A stretch of 64,000 nucleotides of DNA from an uncultured Hormoscilla sp. (GTDB taxonomy: Bacteria; Cyanobacteriota; Cyanobacteriia; Cyanobacteriales; Desertifilaceae). Positions within the stretch are counted from its first letter, which is position 1. Each line of letters starts with the position of its first letter. The notes under the pieces were generated by a model. It was given only the letters and a program-made list of their open reading frames with translations. It ran no database searches and was not told where the DNA came from. A program made the translations under genes and the position numbers. The stretch spans positions 1,824,001 through 1,888,000 of the forward strand of contig OZ001293.3 in NCBI GenBank assembly GCA_963921275.4, read 5' to 3'. This document shows, in pieces, positions 50,487 through 62,347 of the stretch.

Positions 50487-50936
50487 TTGTGGCGCTTTGA
50501 GATTAACCGGAACGGCCAAACAGTGCAGCGTCAATTGTTAGAAAGTCGCTGTTGTGAGTTTCCCTTTGTGCATTCCCGACGAGTGGGACGGCCTTACCGC
50601 TATCTGTTTATCGGTGCAGCTGATCGGGCGAGGGGAAATGCTCCCCTGCAAGCTATACTCAAGATTGACTGGATGTCAGGAGAACGGCAACTCTGGAGTG
50701 CTGCACCCCAAGGATTTGTGAGCGAACCGATTTTCGTTCCGCGCCCTGGTGCTGCTGAGGAAGATGATGGCTGGGTGCTCGCTCTGGTGTATGATAACGA
50801 GCATCACCGCTCTGATGTGGCGATCTTGGATGCCCGTGACTTGAACAAAGGACCAGTGGGGAGACTGCATTTAAAGCATCATATCCCCTATGGGTTGCAC
50901 GGTAGCTTTACTCCTGAGTGGTTCGGTCCGCAATGA
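50487..50936 (+). pseudogene. Carotenoid oxygenase (RPE65 family) C-terminal fragment
   Basis: CEFP, SEPIFVPR..EDDGW and IPYGLHGSF motifs; the N-terminal part is absent next to ISL3. Confidence 0.85.
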
Positions 50937-50971
50937 CATTGGCACTGGGCCATGATAGTCAATATTTGGGA

Positions 50972-51240
50972 ATTACCTGCGCTACGATGTAATATAAACG
51001 AGGGGCGATCGCTTCCTTTTATAATACATAAATTACAAATAATACAAAATATTTGAATTACGTGTACTACGATACAATATAGAAGGAAAGCGATCGCCTG
51101 GGTACAATAATACAAAATTTACAAATAAATATTTGAATTACGCGCCCTATAAAGTAGTACAAAAAGGGGATTAATAATACAAAATTTACAAATCCTACAT
51201 TTTTGATTACGTGCGCTACGATGTAATATGTATGCGATCG
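50972..51240 (+). repeat. Degenerate AT-rich ~70-85-bp tandem repeat, about four units
   Basis: Recurrent ATTACGTG.GCTACGAT..AATAT...GCGATCGC...TAATACAAAATTTACAAAT. Confidence 0.7.
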
Positions 51241-51834
51241 AAAGTAGTTGAATTAGTAAAGCAATTTATGCTCTCTCAACTGGTGAAATAGTCAGATATG
51301 AGCTTTGTTTTACCAACTGGTTTTGACCACACCCTAGAGCGTCGATCCATTAATAGGTAGTGGGTCACAAGTAGTGATTTTAGCGCCTGAGACAACTGTG
51401 GCAAGACCCCGATCGCGCAGCGACTGCGCAGTCGCCCGGCCTTGGCCACTGCCGCCGTTCCAGAACAGTATATCTCATTGGTCCCTCAACCGGGCTATAA
51501 GGGATAAAACCTTCAGAGATTCAGAACCGCTGTTGGTGACGGGCTGGGGAGACCAATAATGCAAATGTAACCAACTGAGCAGCCAAATGCAAGCTAGAGA
51601 TGAGCAAATTGAAAACCATCTCTTTTTGACGATGGAGAAGGCGATCGCTCTTTGCAGTAATATGGGCAAGAGCAGCAAAGGGACAAATATGCCCAGAAAT
51701 GCTACAATCAGTTGATCCCAAAAGATTAGTCGGAGCAGTAAATAGCAAATAATTAATCCTGAGTAGCTGTAGGCTAAGAGGGCGATCGCCTTTTTGAGCG
51801 ATCGGCAAATATTTATCTTACCTATGGGGAGATG

Positions 51835-52768
51835 GTGCGATTCGTTCAGGCGTAAACTGGCGACGGTGAAGTCTGGTCTGGTTTCATTTGCCGGATAACT
51901 CTGGTTATCATGGGGTTAAATTCCCTCTCCCCAGGTGTGGGGGGTCGAGGGTACTACCGGTCCTTAGTGCTGCGGGGTCACATCGCCGTGGTGCTCCGCT
52001 AGGACTTAAATGTAGGATAGCTGGCAGCCTAACCCAGTGACGCCGCTAGGAAAGATGCTCATGGTTAGAATAAGCGAACCTGTTAAAGCCTCGTTACATA
52101 GAACCAGCGGAATAAGGCTTATACGCTGGCCCAAAAGGGAAAATGGTAGTTAGTGTTGGTAGTCATCTATTGCCAGCATCGCACCCAAAGAACTCCCGGG
52201 GTATAGCAGGGGCCTACAAGCATCGAGAAATGATACCAGGGAACGAAGTAACCTCACGTGAGCTGTCCCCATTTGGACCAGTTAGATGTAAAGCGCAAGC
52301 CGCGAAGAGGAAGGATGTTCTAAGAAGCCAACGCCTGGGGTAATGCCTGGGATATGCAGACGTAGGACGGATATGGTAAGAAGCCTTTGGTGAAAGTAGC
52401 CCTAACACGTCGCAAAACTTAGGAGAAATCCAAAAGTATGAATATGGACTAGAGTCTCAGCCGGGTAAAGTTCAGAGCCCCGATAAATTGCCAGAATGGG
52501 GAAATGTTAGAGAAGAGCGGCTAGAATGGTTTGCTGAACTACCCTCCGCGATCGCGCAGCGTGCGCGCAGCGCATACCTTCCGGAGCTGAAATCATTAAC
52601 GGTCCAATAGGATTGACCATAAGGGGTAAAATTACAGAGGGTAAGGGGAATACGGGGTAACCTAATTATTGATGATGATATGCCTAAGGACAAGCCCCAG
52701 CGGTGAAAGTCGCAAGTCCGGTTCCCCTCTTGGAGGGTTGGGGAGTGATTCCCAGCTCGACCCCGACC
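51835..52768 (+). ncRNA. ORF-less group II intron, copy 3 (domain V degenerate)
   Basis: 5' GTGCGATTCGTT; domain I similar to copies 1 and 2; AGCCCCAGCGGTGAAAGTCGCAAGTCCGGTT; end CTCGACCCCGAC(C). Confidence 0.9.
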
Positions 52769-52864
52769 ATTCATTACGAAGCGCTGCGCGCCGCTGCGCG
52801 ATCGGAAATCTTAAGTTGAATGTAAGGTGGGCAGTGCCCACCCTACAAGCGCCACAACGAGCCT

Positions 52865-54616
52865 TTAATAAAAACTCCCTGACTTACGGTGATGTACGGA
52901 GGTAACCCCTTCAGGGTCGAGGACTTTGCCTTCATTGACAACAGCATAGACTACCCAGTGGTCGGCGCATTCCATCCGATCGCCCACAGTACATTCTAGA
53001 TAAGCTAGGGCATCCGTGAGGACAGGACAACCATTGTTTGCTGCCGTGGTGTTCAAACCGGCAAAGCGGTCTTCGCCTGGGGTAAACTTTTTAGTAAAAT
53101 GCTTAAACAGTTGTTGATTTCCCTCACTCAGAATATTGATCGCAAATTTGTCTCCGGTATGAGTCAAAGATTCCATCGCCCGGTCCTTAGCCACAGCGAC
53201 TGTCAAACCCGGAGGATTAAAGGTGGCTTGGGATACCCAGCTAGCTAACATGGCACTGGTAACATCCCCCCGCTTGGCAGAAACGATGCAGGTAGAACCA
53301 ACTATCCGCCCTACTGCTTGGGCCGTGCGATCGGTCGCACTTACTGCTGGTTTGGGGGTGCGTCGTTTCTGAGATTTTTTCAATGCTTGGGCAAACTTAA
53401 TCCCCGTTTCTTTGCATTCTTGCAGGGTGACATCTGTGGGTTTGAACTTGACGCGGATGGGTTCAAAGCCCAACTTATAACCCCCATCTTTTAATTTATT
53501 TTCGATCAGGTCGATCGCCTCTCCACTCCAACCGAAGGAACCAAACACCCCCGCCAATTTATCTTTAGCAACCGTGGAAAGCACAATACCCAAAGCGGTT
53601 TGAATTTGCGTGGGTGCGTGACTGCCGAGAGTGGGAGAACCGATAATAAAGCCATCGCATTTTTCCACAGCTGCTTGCATTTCTGCCGGTTCAGCCGCTT
53701 CGCAATTGATCGATTCTACTGCGACTCCTGCTTTGGTAATCCCACGGGCGATCGCCTGGGCCAGGGATGCCGTATTTCCGTAAGCGCTAGCATAAAGTAG
53801 GGCAACTGTCAAGTCCCGATCGCTTTGTCGAGCACTCCACTTGCGGTACTCTTTGGTAAGTTCCGTCATCCCGTCGCGTACCAGAGGACCGTGACTGGGC
53901 CCATAGAACAATATCTGCAAATCAGCGATTTTGTCCAGGGCGGAAACTACCTGTTTAGCCTGTGCCGCGTGCAGGCAATCATAATAGAAACGACGGTCTT
54001 CCCTGTAAACTGCCCAACCCTCATCAAATACTTGGTCGCCGCAAACGTGGGCACCGAAAAATTTATCCGTAAACAGGATTTGCGTTTGGCGATCGTAAGT
54101 TAATAGACCATCAGGCCATCGGGGCGTGGGCGCAGCGATGAATTGTAACTGATGTCCCTTGCCTAAATCAAGGGTATCTTCCCCGCGCACCACAGTAATG
54201 TTCAATTCTTGCTTTTCAAAGAACTGCCGCAGGGCGATCGCCGCCGGATTTGAACAGACAAAAGTTAGCTGCGGTGCCAATTCTAGCAAAGCTTTCAGAG
54301 TTCCACCTCGGTTGGCATTAAAATGTCCCAGAATGACATAATCAAGCTGACTCATATCCAGGCGCTGCTGCAATGACTCTAGATAATTTTTGGTGAAAGA
54401 TTCACCCGGCGGGTCTATTATAGCAGTGCGATCGGCTTGGATGAGGAAACTATTTGCCGTCGTCCCCTTTTGCAAGGAATACTCCACCTCGAACTTGAGA
54501 CGGTCCCAAGTGCGAGACCTTAATGCTTTTGTCTCGCTAGCGATCTGGACGATCTGGACATCTCGTTGCTTAGTAGTCTGTAACATGGGTAAGGAATCAG
54601 GATTATCCAATTTCAC
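52865..54616 (-). CDS. flv1: Flavodiiron protein, non-canonical ligand type (Flv1-like)
   Basis: Beta-lactamase-like, flavodoxin and flavin-reductase domains; HFNANR replaces HTEPDH. Confidence 0.85.
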   Translation of the reverse strand: MKLDNPDSLPMLQTTKQRDVQIVQIASETKALRSRTWDRLKFEVEYSLQKGTTANSFLIQADRTAIIDPPGESFTKNYLESLQQRLDMSQLDYVILGHFNANRGGTLKALLELAPQLTFVCSNPAAIALRQFFEKQELNITVVRGEDTLDLGKGHQLQFIAAPTPRWPDGLLTYDRQTQILFTDKFFGAHVCGDQVFDEGWAVYREDRRFYYDCLHAAQAKQVVSALDKIADLQILFYGPSHGPLVRDGMTELTKEYRKWSARQSDRDLTVALLYASAYGNTASLAQAIARGITKAGVAVESINCEAAEPAEMQAAVEKCDGFIIGSPTLGSHAPTQIQTALGIVLSTVAKDKLAGVFGSFGWSGEAIDLIENKLKDGGYKLGFEPIRVKFKPTDVTLQECKETGIKFAQALKKSQKRRTPKPAVSATDRTAQAVGRIVGSTCIVSAKRGDVTSAMLASWVSQATFNPPGLTVAVAKDRAMESLTHTGDKFAINILSEGNQQLFKHFTKKFTPGEDRFAGLNTTAANNGCPVLTDALAYLECTVGDRMECADHWVVYAVVNEGKVLDPEGVTSVHHRKSGSFY

Positions 54617-54877
54617 GATCGGTTCACGATCTAGAATAATCCCGATCGCCCCTTAGATACATAAATAGCTTCGGCCTCCAGCAGGGGATAGCACCAACAG
54701 CATCTCAATTTTGAATTAAGAAACCCGGTTTTTTGAGAAAAACCGGGTTTCCGCTCTACCAGTGAATATACTGACCGCAAAAGTGAGATTCACCCACTGA
54801 TAACCGCATGCGCTGCGTGCACGCTACGCGGACGCGCCGATGGCCGATCCGCTGTTAAGAAGCTTCAGCACCTACCC

Positions 54878-55425
54878 AATAATAGCTGCCACTTTTGCGG
54901 TGATGCACCGATGCCTGAGGGGTTTTTGCGAAGCATCCCGAAGGCATCGAAGCGCTGATACCGTCAGGTTGCAAGACCTGACCTTTTTCCGTGACCCCAT
55001 AGATAACCCAGTGGTCGCCACATTCTATGGGATGATGGACGGTACATTCCAGATAAGCTAAAGCCTCAGTCAGAATGGGACAACCATTATCACCGGTATC
55101 CGTTGACAAACCAGCCAAGCGGTCTTCTCTCGGGGCAAAGCGTTTCATGAAGTGCTTCTGTAGCTGCTTCCCCTCACTCAGGATGTTCACGACAAATTTG
55201 TCTCCCGTGTGCATTAGAGATTCATCACCCGTTCTTTGGCCATCGTTGGGGGTAAATTTGACCCGGATGGGTTCAAAGCCAAACTTATAGCCAGCATCTT
55301 TCAATTTACCTTCGATCTGATCGATCGCTTCCCCACTCCAGCCGTAGGAACCAAAAACACCCGCGAGTTTATTTTTCGAGGCCGTCGAGATCGTGATGCC
55401 CAAAGCAGTTTGAATTTGGGTCGGC
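54878..55425 (-). pseudogene. Deleted Flv1-like C-terminal relic
   Basis: PTQIQTALG..GVFGSYGWSGEAID..LAYLEC..VHHRKSGSYY, with an internal deletion and a palindrome insert. Confidence 0.8.
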
Positions 55426-55816
55426 GATGTCTCCTGTGTGCCGATGGCGCTGCGCTGGGGGCGCAGCCATGTCCCCTGGGACAAGAGCTCTGGCAGAGAT
55501 ATCGAAGCGTGACCGCCCAGGGTAGGGGAATCGCAGCCTTGCTGCAAGAAACCGGGTTTCTCAGATAGCCTCTGATTTGTACCCAAAGTTAAAAAAAGAA
55601 ACAAAGGTGATGGTGCTTGGAGTAGGTGCGATCGCCCCTTTGCTAGAAACCAGGTTGGCGCGATCGCCCCGAAAATGTCTTCCCGGTGTCTGGAGCATGC
55701 CGATCGCGGCAGCGCGGCGCCAGCCGTGTCCTTCAGGACAAGAGCATGCGGAAGACGCAGAGGGCTATCGCTTCCTTGACAATACCGTTGGGTGCCCCGA
55801 TTGTATTTTACCCCCT

Positions 55817-56656
55817 TTACCCTGAGGATGATTGACGCCCTTCCCGTTCATCTTCCAGTTCCCGTAAATGAGCTTCCAATTCGGTGAATTTCGCTTGCCA
55901 TTCTTGCTTTTGAGCTTCCCATTCCTGCTTTTGGGCTTTCAATTCCTGATTTTGGGCTTTCAATTCGGTGGATTTCAGCAACCGTTCCCCAGTTTCCATG
56001 TCTGACAACACCAAACGACCATCCTGCATACCGATCCACAACCCGATCGTTTCGCAGGGAATGCGTCCGTCATCGTCTGAAATAATCGGTAGATAACGTC
56101 CAGCTACTAACCGATAACCCAGCACTTCATCTATTTCTTGACCGCGCCGACTGCGGCGATCGATAATTACATATTCACCAATGGAAGCCTGTTCGTATTG
56201 GAGCACTTTAGTTTGCTTGTCTTCCTTGCGATAGCGAGGGGACACCACTTCCAGAACAAAAACTGGTCGCACACCTTCATCCCTCACTACAAAAGTAGAA
56301 CGATACTGCTCCTTGTTGCGGATGCCAAAGGCCACAAACATGTCCGGACAGTGCTTTTTCAAATCGGGAATATCCCATTCGATGGACAGATCTGTGAATA
56401 CTCCCACAGTGGGGTCTTCTTCATAGCGATTGCGCAACATATCCCGGGCATCGCTCGTAACATCCTCATGAAAAGTATTGCTAGGCAAATAATAACCCTC
56501 CTCTGGGTGCAAAAACTCCATAGGGGTAAGAGGAACCTGGATCTTTTTAACTGTACCGTCCGGTTGCATTTCCTCTACATCTCGCCAACCTGTTAATGCC
56601 AGATCCTCAGCCTGTGATGTTGCTACAGTAGGTGATAGTAACCCAGACTCAACCAT
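55817..56656 (-). CDS. Uma2 (DUF820) endonuclease-like protein with coiled-coil tail, copy A
   Basis: HCPDMFV, VLEVVSP and K..QYEQASIGEY motifs. Confidence 0.85.
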   Translation of the reverse strand: MVESGLLSPTVATSQAEDLALTGWRDVEEMQPDGTVKKIQVPLTPMEFLHPEEGYYLPSNTFHEDVTSDARDMLRNRYEEDPTVGVFTDLSIEWDIPDLKKHCPDMFVAFGIRNKEQYRSTFVVRDEGVRPVFVLEVVSPRYRKEDKQTKVLQYEQASIGEYVIIDRRSRRGQEIDEVLGYRLVAGRYLPIISDDDGRIPCETIGLWIGMQDGRLVLSDMETGERLLKSTELKAQNQELKAQKQEWEAQKQEWQAKFTELEAHLRELEDEREGRQSSSG

Positions 56657-57160
56657 CTTACATCCTCCTTACCTTACTCTAATTTAATTATAACCCAATT
56701 ATAACCATTCGTGTATCTCAACTGCATATTCTCTAATGCTAGCCCAAATACAGATAAACCCGGCTTCTGGTTTATTGTAGGTGCGATCGCCGTTGCCAGA
56801 AACCGGGTTTCTAGGATATCCTCCGATCTTTACCCAAAGTTTAAAAGAAACCCGGTTTCTGGTTTATGGTGTGGGTGCGATCGCCCTCTCCTTCAGGATC
56901 CAAACCGGTTTGGTGCGACATCCTCTGGTCTTCACCCAGGGTTGAACAAAGAAACAAAGGTGATGTTCCCGTAGGTGCAATCGCCCCCTTGCTGCAAGAA
57001 ACCGGGTTTCTCAGATATCCTCTGATTTGTACCCAAAGTTGAAAAAATCAACCCGGTTTCTGGTGCTGGGAGTGGGTGCGATCGTCTCAAAAATATCAGG
57101 GGCGATCGCACAAGTTGTCAATACCGTTGGATGCCCCGATCGGATTCGATCGCATAACCA

Positions 57161-58057
57161 TTATGATGATTGACGGTCTTCCTGTTGAGCTTCCAGTTCC
57201 CGTAAACGAGCTTCCCATTCGGTGAATTTCGCTTTCAATTCCTGATTTTTGGTTTTAAATTCCTGATTTTCTGCTTCCAATCCCTGATATTTCGCTTCCA
57301 ATCCCTGGAATTTCGCTTCCCATTTCTGATTTTGGGCTTTCAATTCCTGATTTTGGGCTTTCAATTCGGTGGATTTCAGCAACCGTTCTCCAGTTTCCAT
57401 GTCTGACAGCACCAAACGACCATCCTGCAAGACGATCCACAACCCGATCGTCTTGCAGGGGATGCGTCCGTCATCATCTGCAATAATCGGTAAATAGCGT
57501 CCCGCTACTAACCTATAACCCAGTACCTCATCAATTTCTTGACCGCGCCGACTGCGGCGATCGATAATTACATATTCACCAATGGAAGCCTGTTCGTATT
57601 GGAGCAATTTAGTTTGCTTGTCTTCCTTGCGGTAGCGAGGGGATACCACTTCCAGAATAAAAACTGGTCGCACACCTTCATCCCTCACCACAAAAGTAGA
57701 ACGATACTGCTCCTTGTTGCGGATGCCAAAGGCCACGAACAGGTCCGGACAGTGCTTTTTCAAATCGGGAATATCCCATTCGATGGACAGATCTGTGAAC
57801 ACTCCCACAGTGGGGTCTTCTTCATAGCGATTGCGCAACATATCCCGGGCATCGCTCGTAACATCCTCATGAAAAGTATTGCTAGGCAAATAATAACTCT
57901 CCTCTGGGTGCAAAAACTCCATAGGGGTAAGAGGAACCTGGATCTTTTTAACTGTACCGTCCGGTTGCACTTCCTCTACATCTCGCCAACCTGTTAATGC
58001 CAGATCCTCAGCCTGTGATGTTGCTACAGTAGGTGATAGTAACCCAGACTCAACCAT
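57161..58057 (-). CDS. Uma2 (DUF820) endonuclease-like protein, copy B
   Basis: Near-identical to copy A; start codons 1401 bp apart; longer heptad tail. Confidence 0.85.
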   Translation of the reverse strand: MVESGLLSPTVATSQAEDLALTGWRDVEEVQPDGTVKKIQVPLTPMEFLHPEESYYLPSNTFHEDVTSDARDMLRNRYEEDPTVGVFTDLSIEWDIPDLKKHCPDLFVAFGIRNKEQYRSTFVVRDEGVRPVFILEVVSPRYRKEDKQTKLLQYEQASIGEYVIIDRRSRRGQEIDEVLGYRLVAGRYLPIIADDDGRIPCKTIGLWIVLQDGRLVLSDMETGERLLKSTELKAQNQELKAQNQKWEAKFQGLEAKYQGLEAENQEFKTKNQELKAKFTEWEARLRELEAQQEDRQSS

Positions 58058-58360
58058 CTTACATCCTCCTTACCTTACTCTAATTTAATTATAACCCAAT
58101 TATAACCATTCGTGTATCTCAACTGCATATTCTCTAATGCTAGCCCGAATACAGATAAACCCGGCTTCTGGTTTATTGGAGGTGCGATCGCCATTGCCAG
58201 AAACCGGGTTTCTAGGATATCCTCCGATCTTTACCCAAAGTTTAAAAAAGAAACCCGGTTTCTGGTTTATGGTGTGGGTGCGATGCCTTCGGGGTTTTTG
58301 CGTCAGCGCAGCAGCTGCGCAGCAGCTAGCATCCCGAAGGCATCGAAGATCGCTTCTACT

Positions 58361-60100
58361 CTAGTAATGATTGCCGACCTTACGATGGTGAACTGCTGAC
58401 AGGGCATCGGGGTTGGATACCCGACCTAACTCTACCTGGGAATATACAATGTGATGGTCGCTCAATTCCATCCGACTCACCACTTCGCATTCTAGATAGG
58501 CCAGTGCATCCGACAGAATGGGACTGCCATTTTTGGCCGGTTGGGTTTTTACCCCGGCAAAGCGATCGGCCCCTGGGGGAAAGCGTTTCAAAAAATGCTT
58601 CATTAGTGCTTGATAGTTATCCTCAGCTAGCACGTTGAGCACGAAAGTATCGCCCACTTGCATCAAAGCTTCGATCGCCCGGTCTTTGGTAACAGCAATA
58701 GTTAACCCCAAAGGCTCAAAACTTGCCTGGGTTACCCAAGAGGCTAGCATGGCGCTGCTGACTTCACCCTTCTGAGCCGTGATAATGTACAAACCACCGC
58801 TGAGGCGTCCCAAGGCTTTATCCAAGTCGCTATCGAGGGACTTCATCTGTTTAATAGCCTTCTTGAGACCCAGCCATTGTCCCATATCTGTCCCCGCTTC
58901 TTCACAGAGTTTGTAGGTTGCCTCTGTCGGAGTTTCCTTAATCAGAATATTAGGAAATGCTTCTTTCAGCCCCTGTTCTTTGAACTTGTTCCGCAGGGGA
59001 TACACTGATAAGTCATCGCCACCGCCAGACTCAAATAAACTCACAGTTTGCTTCTTGGAAGCCGCTGCTAAGATGGTATTGATTGCCGCCTCAGACGACG
59101 CCCCAACCGCACCCGATACCGGCGGCGCACCAATGACAAGCCCTGCTGCCATCTCGGTCAGTTCCCGGACTTCTTGGATATCTGCCGATCGCAGGTCTAG
59201 CATTTCTACAGCGATGCCAGTCTTGGTGATGCCGTGGGCGATCGCTTGACAGAGGCGATAGCTATAGCCGTAATCAGAGACATAAAATACAGCTACAGTC
59301 TTCTCAGCCTTAGTTTGTTCCTTGCTCCACTGTTCGTAGCGACCGGTGAGTTCCACCAAATTATGACGCAGCAGGGGTCCGTGACCCGTAGCAATGGTGG
59401 TTATTTCTGGCAGTGCCTTCATCCGCTTCATCGCACTCAGCACCGATCGGGCATTGGGAGCCATCAAGCATTCATAATAAAATCGGTAATCAGCCTCGAT
59501 CGCACTCAAGTCCTCGTCATAGGTGCTGTCAGAACAGTAATGCATGCCAAAAGCATCGCAAGTAAAGAGAATTTGGGTTTTGGCATCGTAGGTAAAGATG
59601 GTGTCCGGCCAGTGCAAATTGGGAGCTGACACGAATTCGAGCGCGTGACCGTTACCCAAATCCAGTTTCTCTCCGTTCTTGACAATTTTACTCTGAAATG
59701 GAGTGTGAATCAAATTTTCCAGAAACTGAATCGCCACCTTGGCCCCGACTACTGTCGCCTGGGGAGCCAGTTCTAGTACATCTTTCACCAAACCGCTGTG
59801 GTCTGGTTCGGTGTGGCTGATAATCAGATAATCAATCTGGGCCGGGTCGATGATACCTGTGAGCCGATCCAGGTACATTTGGCGAAACTTGGCATGAGAT
59901 GTATCAACTAGGGCTACCTTCTCGCCTCGGATCAAATATGAGTTGTAGGTAGTGCCGTTTTGCAGCCCGAACTCAATGTCGAACCGATCGCGGTCCCAGT
60001 CCAGCGATCGCATCGCTGTCGTATCTGCCGCGATCTCCACCTTCGTTTCCATCGTCAGGCGCTTTTGGGTTATTTCCGTTCTTTCCGCCAGGGCTACCAT
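58361..60100 (-). CDS. flv3: Flavodiiron protein, canonical ligand type (Flv3-like)
   Basis: HTEPDH, LHWPD, CDAFGMH and GHG motifs; likely start MVALAE at 60100. Confidence 0.88.
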   Translation of the reverse strand: MVALAERTEITQKRLTMETKVEIAADTTAMRSLDWDRDRFDIEFGLQNGTTYNSYLIRGEKVALVDTSHAKFRQMYLDRLTGIIDPAQIDYLIISHTEPDHSGLVKDVLELAPQATVVGAKVAIQFLENLIHTPFQSKIVKNGEKLDLGNGHALEFVSAPNLHWPDTIFTYDAKTQILFTCDAFGMHYCSDSTYDEDLSAIEADYRFYYECLMAPNARSVLSAMKRMKALPEITTIATGHGPLLRHNLVELTGRYEQWSKEQTKAEKTVAVFYVSDYGYSYRLCQAIAHGITKTGIAVEMLDLRSADIQEVRELTEMAAGLVIGAPPVSGAVGASSEAAINTILAAASKKQTVSLFESGGGDDLSVYPLRNKFKEQGLKEAFPNILIKETPTEATYKLCEEAGTDMGQWLGLKKAIKQMKSLDSDLDKALGRLSGGLYIITAQKGEVSSAMLASWVTQASFEPLGLTIAVTKDRAIEALMQVGDTFVLNVLAEDNYQALMKHFLKRFPPGADRFAGVKTQPAKNGSPILSDALAYLECEVVSRMELSDHHIVYSQVELGRVSNPDALSAVHHRKVGNHY

Positions 60101-60527
60101 AAGTCTTCTCCTGCTTGCATTGCTGACTGGTGAGGTGGCGATCTGGGAATCTTCCTGGTGACCCGATCCCCGATCGCTCGTCACCTGTTTCTTTAATTAT
60201 GGCATTTTGTTAAGATTTGTAACTTTATTATAACTAATGATACGATAAGAGAAAAACTTATCTTCAGTAGTTACGACATTTGAATGTATTATATGCTACA
60301 AATTATATAGCAAGTCTCCCCCTAGACTAAGACTGGCGATCGCCCGCAAAGAGTCAAAAAGTCAAAAGTCGCCCAGAAACCCGGTAGGTCGTAAAAACCG
60401 GGTTTCTTAATTCTTGCAGATAATAATTACTGCGGTTCTGGAAACATTCCGGAAGGAGAAAGGCTCAAAGAGTAAAGAGAAAGAGATTTCCCCCTCCTCG
60501 TCAAAATAATAAATACCGAGCTGGAAA

Positions 60528-62296
60528 ATGGATAGAGTAATTTCCTTATTTTCGCCAAACCGCTTTGCTAATCTCCCCAAAGAGCGATCGCCACGGGCGT
60601 TGCTGTTAATGGTATCGATCACGTATTTGATGGGTGCTTTTGGTTTCCGTCTGGCCGAGTTGCAGTTGGTTCAAGGCAGGTACTACCGCAGCAGAGCAGA
60701 CGTTAATCGCATCCGCCAAGTGCCCATTCCTCCGGAACGGGGCAATATCCTCGATCGGGAAGGAAGAATATTAGCGACTCATCGTCTGTCTCGGGAAGTA
60801 TATTTGTGGCCTCAGGAATATACCAAAGCACAATGGCAAGTGAAAGCGGTGCAATTGAGTCCGATACTGGATCTGCCCGCGGATGAGATTCTGACCAAAT
60901 TGGCACAGACTGGTTACAACTCGGCTCTACCCGTGCGAATTAGCCGGGATATCGGACAGGAGGGTTACTTGGCCCTGTCGGAGATTGGTTTTCGGGGGGT
61001 GGAAATGCGCCCAGAATCTAACCGCTACTATCCTCACAATAGCATTGCCAGTCACGTTCTGGGATATATTAGTGAAGCTAGCTTGGCAGAGTTAAAAGCA
61101 CATCCAGAATACCCCATGGGGGCGATCGTTGGTAGAATGGGAGTGGAAGGCTTGGCGAACGATCTCCTGCTAGGTGTCTGGGGCAAACGGATATTGGAGG
61201 TAAATGCTAGTGGTTCGGAATTTGGGGAGTTGGGAATTCGCCCCCCGATCGCCGGAGAACCCGTACAACTGACTCTGGACTTAGACTTGCAAACTGCTGC
61301 GGAAACAGCCCTGAAGGAACGGCGTGGTGGGGTAGTAGCCCTAAATGTGAAAACAGGGGAGGTGTTGGCGATCGCATCGGGACCGACTTTTGACCCGAAT
61401 ATGTTCACCCGGCGGATAACATCAGCAGAGTGGCAGCATCTGGAAAGTCAGTCGAATCCGTTTTTGAATCGGGCCTTGCAAGGCTATCCTCCGGGCAGTA
61501 CTTTCAAAATAGTTACTGCTGCTGCGGCTCTTGAGTCCGGGAAGTTTTATCCTAATTCTCTTCTCTGGACTTCCGATTATATCACTGTTGGCGGCATTCG
61601 CTTCCACGAACATAGCGGCGGTTATGGTGAGATCGGTTTTCGCGATGCTTTTGCCTTTAGTAGCAATACCTTTTTTTATCAGGTAGGGATGTCAACTGGG
61701 CCAGAACAGATTTCTCATTGGGCTGGCCGCCTGGGTATTGGCACAACAGATCTACAGCTTTTGGGGTTACAAGGGGGACGTCCGGGTTCTGTCCCGACAC
61801 CCGATCGCAAAGAAAAAGTTTATGGCGAACCCTGGTATCTGAGGGATACTGTCAGTATGTCCATCGGTCAGGGACTGGTGTTGGCTTCCCCTTTGGAGTT
61901 AGCAGTGATGGTGGCCAGTATTGCTAATGGCGGTTGGCGGGTCAAACCCATCTGTTGACTGTTCAAACTAATACAACTGCTACTCAACCGGAACCTACGG
62001 GTATGACTCCGGAAACTTTGGCCGCGATTCGCGAGGGCTTAATTGCTGTGGTAGAATATGGCACGGGACGCAGGTTGAATGATGGTACTATTCCCCCCAC
62101 CGCTGGTAAAACCGGGACTGCTGAAGTGGTCGGACAACCCGATCATGCCGTGTTTGTTGCTTATGGACCGGTCAGCGACCCGGAAATCGCCATCGCTGTG
62201 GTGGTGGAAAATGGCGGCTATGGCAGCGTTGGCGCTCTCCCGATCGCCCAAAAAATATTTCAGGCTTATTTCTCGAAACATACAGCCCAAATCTGA
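60528..62296 (+). CDS. mrdA: Penicillin-binding protein 2 with one frameshift near 61950
   Basis: RGNILDR, PGSTFK (SxxK) and SSN motifs; KTG in the downstream frame. Confidence 0.85.
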
Positions 62297-62347
62297 TACC
62301 TGCTATACTTTAAAAGGGATCGACGATCGCAAAATGTTTTGCGTTGG

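Noticed and set aside
55817..58057. Diversity-generating retroelement template/variable repeat pair
   Set aside because: The whole gene and upstream DNA are duplicated, the differences are not adenine-specific, and no RT is present.
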